Source of the DNA: Flavobacteriaceae bacterium | Lineage (GTDB): Bacteria; Bacteroidota; Bacteroidia; Flavobacteriales; Flavobacteriaceae | NCBI GenBank assembly: GCA_030828565.1 | Contig: JAURCF010000001.1 | Location: forward strand, 1-52,860 | Reading direction: 5' to 3' | DNA length: 52,860 bases | Part shown: piece after piece, positions 48,151 through 52,860 of the stretch | Numbering within the stretch: position 1 is the stretch's first letter | How the letters are laid out: each line of letters opens with the position of its first letter | Translations under genes and position numbers: made by a program | The notes under the pieces: generated by a model | The model's database searches: none | Told to the model about the DNA's origin: nothing | The model's input: the letters and a program-made list of their open reading frames with translations, nothing else

Positions 48151-49545
48151 ATGGCAAAGCAAAGAACTATTTCAAAAGTTGTATCCCTTTCCGGTGTTGG
48201 AATTCACACGGGAAAAAACGTTACCATGTCTTTTAAACCCGCTCCAATTAATCATGGATATGCCTTTTGTCGTACTGATTTAGAAGGCCAACCCATTATC
48301 GAAGCAGATGCCCAATACGTAATCAATACGCAACGTGGGACCAACTTGGAAAAAAACGGAATTAAAATTCAAACTTCAGAACACGTACTGGCTGCTTTAG
48401 TCGGACTTGAAGTTGATAATGTACTTATTGAAATAGATGCCGCCGAGCCACCAATTATGGATGGTTCCTCAAAGTTTTTCGTGGAAGCTATCGAAAATGC
48501 AGGTATCGAAGAACAAGATTCGGAACGAGAAGAATATATCGTAAAAGAAGTGATTTCGTATGTCGATGAACAGTCAGGAAGTGAAATCACCATCATCCCC
48601 TCCAAACACTATGAAATTACTGCTATGGTTGACTTTGGCACCAAAGTATTGGGGACTCAGAACGCTAATCTTAAAAAACTTAGCCATTTCAAAAAAGAAA
48701 TTTCCAATGCTAGAACGTTTAGTTTTTTACACGAATTGGAAATGCTTCTTGAAAATGGTTTGATAAAAGGAGGCGATTTAAACAATGCCATTGTTTATGT
48801 CGATAAAGAATTATCTGACAAAACCATGACTCGACTGAAAAAAGCGTTTAATAAAGAAAAACTTTCGGTTACTTCCAATGGAATTTTAGACAACCTTACG
48901 CTGCATCAACCCAACGAAGCAGCGCGTCACAAATTACTCGATATTATTGGAGATTTAGCGCTAATAGGAACACGAATTCGTGGGAAAATCATTGCCAATA
49001 AGCCTGGACATTACGTAAACACTCAGTTTGCTAAAAAAATGGCGAACATTATAAAACAAGAAAAAAGAAATAAAATCCCTGAATTTGATCTTACTGCTGA
49101 GCCTGCTTTGGACGTGAATCAAATCATGGACATTTTGCCACATCGTCCTCCATTTTTGTTAGTAGATAAAATTCTTGAGATTTCAGACAAACACGTAGTC
49201 GGAATGAAGAATGTGACCATGAATGAACCTTTTTTTGTAGGACATTTTCCTGGGGCACCAGTGATGCCAGGTGTTTTACAAATAGAAGCCATGGCAAAAG
49301 CGGGTGGTGTATTGGTTTTAAATACGGTGCCTGATCCACAAAATTATCTTACATTCTTTATTAAAATTGATAATGTAAAATTCAAACATCCTGTAGTTCC
49401 TGGTGATACGTTGGTTTTTAAAATGGAATTAAAATCGCCCATTCGAAGAGGAATTTGTCACATGCAAGCCTTTGCTTATGCTAATGGCAAACTCACTACA
49501 GAAGCTGAGCTGATGGCTCAAATAGTAAAACGAAAAGAAATATAA
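48151..49545 (+). CDS. lpxC/fabZ: bifunctional UDP-3-O-acyl-GlcNAc deacetylase / 3-hydroxyacyl-ACP dehydratase
   Basis: The N-terminal LpxC part has LSGVGIHTGK, TSEHVLAAL and HKLLDIIGDL. The C-terminal FabZ part has ILPHRPPFLLVD and FFVGHFPGAPVMPGVLQIEAMA. It is a single 464-aa ORF. Confidence 0.92.
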   Translation: MAKQRTISKVVSLSGVGIHTGKNVTMSFKPAPINHGYAFCRTDLEGQPIIEADAQYVINTQRGTNLEKNGIKIQTSEHVLAALVGLEVDNVLIEIDAAEPPIMDGSSKFFVEAIENAGIEEQDSEREEYIVKEVISYVDEQSGSEITIIPSKHYEITAMVDFGTKVLGTQNANLKKLSHFKKEISNARTFSFLHELEMLLENGLIKGGDLNNAIVYVDKELSDKTMTRLKKAFNKEKLSVTSNGILDNLTLHQPNEAARHKLLDIIGDLALIGTRIRGKIIANKPGHYVNTQFAKKMANIIKQEKRNKIPEFDLTAEPALDVNQIMDILPHRPPFLLVDKILEISDKHVVGMKNVTMNEPFFVGHFPGAPVMPGVLQIEAMAKAGGVLVLNTVPDPQNYLTFFIKIDNVKFKHPVVPGDTLVFKMELKSPIRRGICHMQAFAYANGKLTTEAELMAQIVKRKEI

Positions 49546-49547
49546 CT

Positions 49548-50330
49548 ATGAATCAACCTCTAGCTTACGTTCATCCTGGCGCAAAGATTGCCAAAAACGT
49601 GGTCATAGAACCCTTTGCCAATATTGAAAACAATGTCATTATTGGAGAAGGTACTTGGATTGGATCCAATGTGACCATTATGGAAGGCGCTCGAATTGGA
49701 AAAAATTGCTCTATTTTTCCAGGATCTGTAATCGCTGCGGTTCCCCAAGATTTAAAATTTGATGGAGAAGATACAACTGCTGAAATTGGAGATAACACCA
49801 CCATTCGTGAGTGTGTAACGATCAATAGAGGTACTACATCTAGAATGAAAACCAAAATTGGAACCAACTGTTTAATCATGGCATATTCTCACATTGCCCA
49901 TGATTGCTTTGTGGGTGATTATTGTATTTTTTCAAACAACAGTACACTTGCTGGCCATATCAATATTGGAGATCACGTTATTTTAGCGGGTATGACAGCA
50001 GTTCATCAATTTTGCTCCATAGGAAATCATGCATTTGTTGCTGGAGGTTCTTTGGTAAGAAAAGATGTTCCTCCTTTTGTCAAAGCAGCTCGTGAACCTA
50101 TTTCCTATGTCGGTATTAATTCGGTAGGCTTAAGAAGACGAGGTTTTTCTGCAGAGACTATTCGTCAAATTCAAGATATTTATCGAATATTATATCAAAA
50201 ATCATACAACAACACGCAAGCAACTCTTATTATCGAAGCTGAAATGGAAGCAACCCCTGAGCGTGACGAAATATTACAGTTCATCAAGGATTCGCAAAGA
50301 GGCATCATGAAAGGATATTTTAAAAACTAA
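49548..50330 (+). CDS. lpxA: acyl-ACP--UDP-N-acetylglucosamine O-acyltransferase
   Basis: Hexapeptide-repeat beta-helix, MAYSHIAHDC catalytic His context, and a C-terminal helical domain. 260 aa. Confidence 0.9.
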   Translation: MNQPLAYVHPGAKIAKNVVIEPFANIENNVIIGEGTWIGSNVTIMEGARIGKNCSIFPGSVIAAVPQDLKFDGEDTTAEIGDNTTIRECVTINRGTTSRMKTKIGTNCLIMAYSHIAHDCFVGDYCIFSNNSTLAGHINIGDHVILAGMTAVHQFCSIGNHAFVAGGSLVRKDVPPFVKAAREPISYVGINSVGLRRRGFSAETIRQIQDIYRILYQKSYNNTQATLIIEAEMEATPERDEILQFIKDSQRGIMKGYFKN

Positions 50331-50334
50331 AACT

Positions 50335-50901
50335 ATGGCTTCATCTTCAGATATTAGAAAAGGATTGTGTATTAAATACAACAATGACATTTATAAAATC
50401 ATTGAATTTCTTCATGTCAAACCTGGTAAAGGCCCTGCCTTTGTGCGTACAAAGTTAAAAAGCGTAACCTCTGGTAAGGTAATAGACAATACATTTTCAG
50501 CAGGTCATAAAATCGAGGATGTTCGTGTAGAAACTAATAAGTTTCAATACCTATATAACGAAGGTGATACGTATCATTTTATGAACACTGATGACTACAA
50601 TCAAATATCGGTAGATAAAAATATTCTAGAATCCCCAGAGTTGATTAAAGAAGGTGAAATAGTATCCATTCTTATCAATACAGAAGATGGAATGCCCTTA
50701 TCCGTGGAAATGCCCATGAGCGTTATACTTGAAGTTATTCAAACTGAACCAGGTTTTAAAGGCAATACTGCAACCAATGCAACAAAACCGGCTATTGTTG
50801 AAACAGGTGCAAAAATAAATGTTCCTCTTTTTATCAATGAAGGCGATAAAATTAAGATAGAAACTGAAAAAGGAGTTTATCAAGAACGAGTCAAAGAATA
50901 A
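50335..50901 (+). CDS. efp: elongation factor P
   Basis: HVKPGKGPAFVRTKLK loop and the three-domain length (188 aa). Confidence 0.95.
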   Translation: MASSSDIRKGLCIKYNNDIYKIIEFLHVKPGKGPAFVRTKLKSVTSGKVIDNTFSAGHKIEDVRVETNKFQYLYNEGDTYHFMNTDDYNQISVDKNILESPELIKEGEIVSILINTEDGMPLSVEMPMSVILEVIQTEPGFKGNTATNATKPAIVETGAKINVPLFINEGDKIKIETEKGVYQERVKE

Positions 50902-50940
50902 ATCACAAACCATTAACTAAATTAAGGACCATCCTCAACC

Positions 50941-51813
50941 ATGAGTGTATTAGTAAATAAAGATTCAAAAATTATTGTTCAAGGCTTTACAGGGAGTGAA
51001 GGTACGTTTCATGCCGAGCAAATGATTGCATACAAAACCAATGTTGTTGGTGGTGTTACTCCAGGAAAAGGAGGCCAAACACATATAAAATTACCAGTAT
51101 TCAATACGGTTTCTGAAGCGGTTGATAAGGTAGGAGCCAACACAACTATAATCTTTGTCCCGCCAGCTTTTGCTGCCGACGCAATTATGGAAGCTGCAGA
51201 TGCTGGAATCAAGGTCATTATTACAATTACTGAAGGAATTCCTGTTGCTGATATGATTAAAGTTAGCGATTATATCAAAGACAAAGATTGCCGCTTAGTT
51301 GGACCTAATTGCCCTGGAGTCATCACACCCGATGAAGCCAAAGTTGGAATTATGCCAGGTTTTGTTTTCAAAAAAGGTACTGTAGGAATTGTATCCAAAT
51401 CAGGAACATTGACTTATGAGGCTGCTGATCAGGTAGTTCGAAAAGGTTTTGGTATAACAACCGCTATTGGAATTGGAGGCGATCCTATAATTGGAACAAC
51501 TACCAAAGAAGCAGTCCAACTCCTAATGGACGATCCGGAAACTGAATGCATTGTTATGATTGGTGAAATTGGTGGGGAGCTTGAAGCAGATGCTGCCAAA
51601 TGGGTAAAGTCTGATGGAAACAAAAAGCCTGTAGTTGGTTTTATAGCTGGCGAAACCGCTCCAAAAGGAAGAACGATGGGTCATGCTGGAGCCATAGTGG
51701 GTGGATCTGAAGATACGGCTGAAGCCAAAAAGAGAATCATGCGAGAATGTGGATTGTATGTTGTTGATTCTCCTGCTGAAATTGGAAAGAAAGTAGCAGA
51801 AATTTTATCTTAA
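50941..51813 (+). CDS. sucD: succinate--CoA ligase subunit alpha
   Basis: VQGFTGSEGTFH, SKSGTLTYE, and the phosphohistidine loop MGHAGAIV. 290 aa. Confidence 0.95.
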   Translation: MSVLVNKDSKIIVQGFTGSEGTFHAEQMIAYKTNVVGGVTPGKGGQTHIKLPVFNTVSEAVDKVGANTTIIFVPPAFAADAIMEAADAGIKVIITITEGIPVADMIKVSDYIKDKDCRLVGPNCPGVITPDEAKVGIMPGFVFKKGTVGIVSKSGTLTYEAADQVVRKGFGITTAIGIGGDPIIGTTTKEAVQLLMDDPETECIVMIGEIGGELEADAAKWVKSDGNKKPVVGFIAGETAPKGRTMGHAGAIVGGSEDTAEAKKRIMRECGLYVVDSPAEIGKKVAEILS

Positions 51814-51837
51814 TATATTGCCTAAATCATCGTAAAA

Positions 51838-52584
51838 ATGAAGTTATTAGAAGGAAAAGTCGTAATAATTACAGGAGCCAGCAGAGGAATTGGTAGAGGT
51901 ATTGCTACTGTTTTTGCTCAACAAGGAGCCCATGTTGCTTTTACCTATAGTTCGTCTAAAGAAGCAGCACAGGAACTTGAGAAAGAACTACAATCGTTAG
52001 GAACCAAATCAAAAGGTTATCAAAGCAATGCCGCTAGTTTTGAGGATTCTCAAGAACTTGTCGATCAAGTTGTAGCGGATTTTGGTACAGTAGATGTACT
52101 CATTAACAATGCTGGAATTACCAAAGACAACTTATTGATGCGCATTTCGGAAGAAGATTTTGATAAAGTGATTGAAGTCAATCTCAAATCGGTATTTAAC
52201 ATGACCAAAGCGGTACAACGCACCATGTTGAAGCAACGCAAAGGAAGTATCATTAACATGAGTTCTGTGGTAGGTGTAAAGGGAAATGCCGGTCAGTCCA
52301 ATTACGCAGCTTCCAAAGCGGGGATTATTGGTTTTTCTAAATCAATTGCCTTAGAATTGGGTTCCAGAAATATTCGATCCAACGTCATTGCACCTGGATT
52401 CATTGAAACAGAAATGACAGCAAAATTACCCGAAGATGTCATAAAAGAATGGCGACAAGGAATTCCACTAAAACGGGGAGGAACTCCCGAAGATGTCGCC
52501 AATGTTTGCTTGTTTTTAGCAACAGATTTATCAGCCTACGTTACGGGTCAAGTGATTCACGTGGACGGAGGAATGCTCACTTAA
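51838..52584 (+). CDS. fabG: 3-oxoacyl-ACP reductase (classical SDR)
   Basis: ITGASRGIGRGIA, NNAGI, SSVVG and YAASKAG (YxxxK). 248 aa. Confidence 0.85.
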   Translation: MKLLEGKVVIITGASRGIGRGIATVFAQQGAHVAFTYSSSKEAAQELEKELQSLGTKSKGYQSNAASFEDSQELVDQVVADFGTVDVLINNAGITKDNLLMRISEEDFDKVIEVNLKSVFNMTKAVQRTMLKQRKGSIINMSSVVGVKGNAGQSNYAASKAGIIGFSKSIALELGSRNIRSNVIAPGFIETEMTAKLPEDVIKEWRQGIPLKRGGTPEDVANVCLFLATDLSAYVTGQVIHVDGGMLT

Positions 52585-52595
52585 TTTAAAAAAAA

Positions 52596-52860
52596 ATGCA
52601 AAATTTACCAAAAATCGGAATGCCTATCGCAGCGGTAGTATTCGTATTAATTATTTTCGTTATCAAATCATCTGTCAACATCGATTATGGAGAAGCTGGT
52701 GTATTATGGAAACGATTCGCAGGTGGAACAGTAACTGGTCAAGCTCCTTTAGGGGAAGGTTTTCACATTATAGCGCCTTGGAACAAAGTGTATATTTACA
52801 ACATCAAGCAACAAGAAGTTTTTGAAGGAAAAATGCAAGTATTGTCCTCCAACGGTCTTG
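52596..52860 (+). CDS. SPFH/band-7 (prohibitin/HflC-like) membrane protein, 3' end outside the window
   Basis: My own translation from the ATG at 52596: MQNLPKIGMPIAAVVFVLIIFVIKSSVNIDYGEAGVLWKRFAGGTVTGQAPLGEGFHIIAPWNKVYIYNIKQQEV.... It shows an N-terminal TM anchor followed by a typical SPFH start. The frame is open to the window end and the ORF is not in the track. Confidence 0.6.
   Translation, partial: MQNLPKIGMPIAAVVFVLIIFVIKSSVNIDYGEAGVLWKRFAGGTVTGQAPLGEGFHIIAPWNKVYIYNIKQQEVFEGKMQVLSSNGL

Noticed and set aside
51838-52584. fabG as the missing ketoreductase of the putative sulfonolipid module
   Set aside because: It sits 30 kb away in a housekeeping efp-sucD-fabG context and has canonical FabG motifs. 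There is no positional support.
1-52860. Scan for tRNA/rRNA/tmRNA genes, CRISPR repeats, IS elements, integrases and toxin-antitoxin pairs
   Set aside because: No T-loop/acceptor-like patterns appear in any spacer over 60 nt. There are no regularly spaced direct repeats, no transposase- or integrase-like ORFs, and no terminal inverted repeats. This was inspection by eye only, so small ncRNAs cannot be excluded.

Overview
The window reads as a densely packed, AT-rich core-chromosome segment of a Bacteroidota genome. The gene order looks Flavobacteriia-like: lpxD-lpxC/fabZ-lpxA-efp-sucD-fabG, adjacent parE-parC, and a PorX-type REC-PglZ regulator. I support about 50 protein-coding genes, nearly all housekeeping. 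They include the tail of a polysaccharide locus (two glycosyltransferases and a Wzx-like flippase), a menaquinone operon (menB/A/C/E) carrying two non-men passenger genes, and fumC. A tight minus-strand string holds prfB (classic +1 frameshift), a HAD hydrolase, an ArsC-like protein and an outer-membrane barrel. Further along are ltaE, oligopeptidase B, a CBS-fold plus alpha-oxoamine-synthase pair, pyrR-pyrB, rnz, an overlap-coupled pdxH-sixA-ppk1-ppx chain, and parE-parC. Then come an HTH-lipoprotein-TerC operon facing an M14 peptidase across a motif-rich spacer, an AsnC regulator, ppc, aroB, proline dehydrogenase, tsaE and porX. The window ends with an HD phosphohydrolase plus the lipid A cluster, efp, sucD, fabG and the start of an SPFH protein. 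By eye I found no tRNA, rRNA, CRISPR array, transposase, integrase or defence island, and no obvious compositional island. I therefore cannot point to a clear-cut novel system. The four best leads are: (1) the CBS-like/alpha-oxoamine-synthase pair as a candidate sulfonolipid (capnine) module; (2) the HTH-lipoprotein-TerC operon with at least 8 copies of a TGTAAAC/GTTTACA half-site; (3) the SPOR and CPBP genes translationally coupled inside the men operon; (4) a SixA-type phosphohistidine phosphatase overlapping ppk1. All product calls come from motif and family recognition by eye, not from searches.
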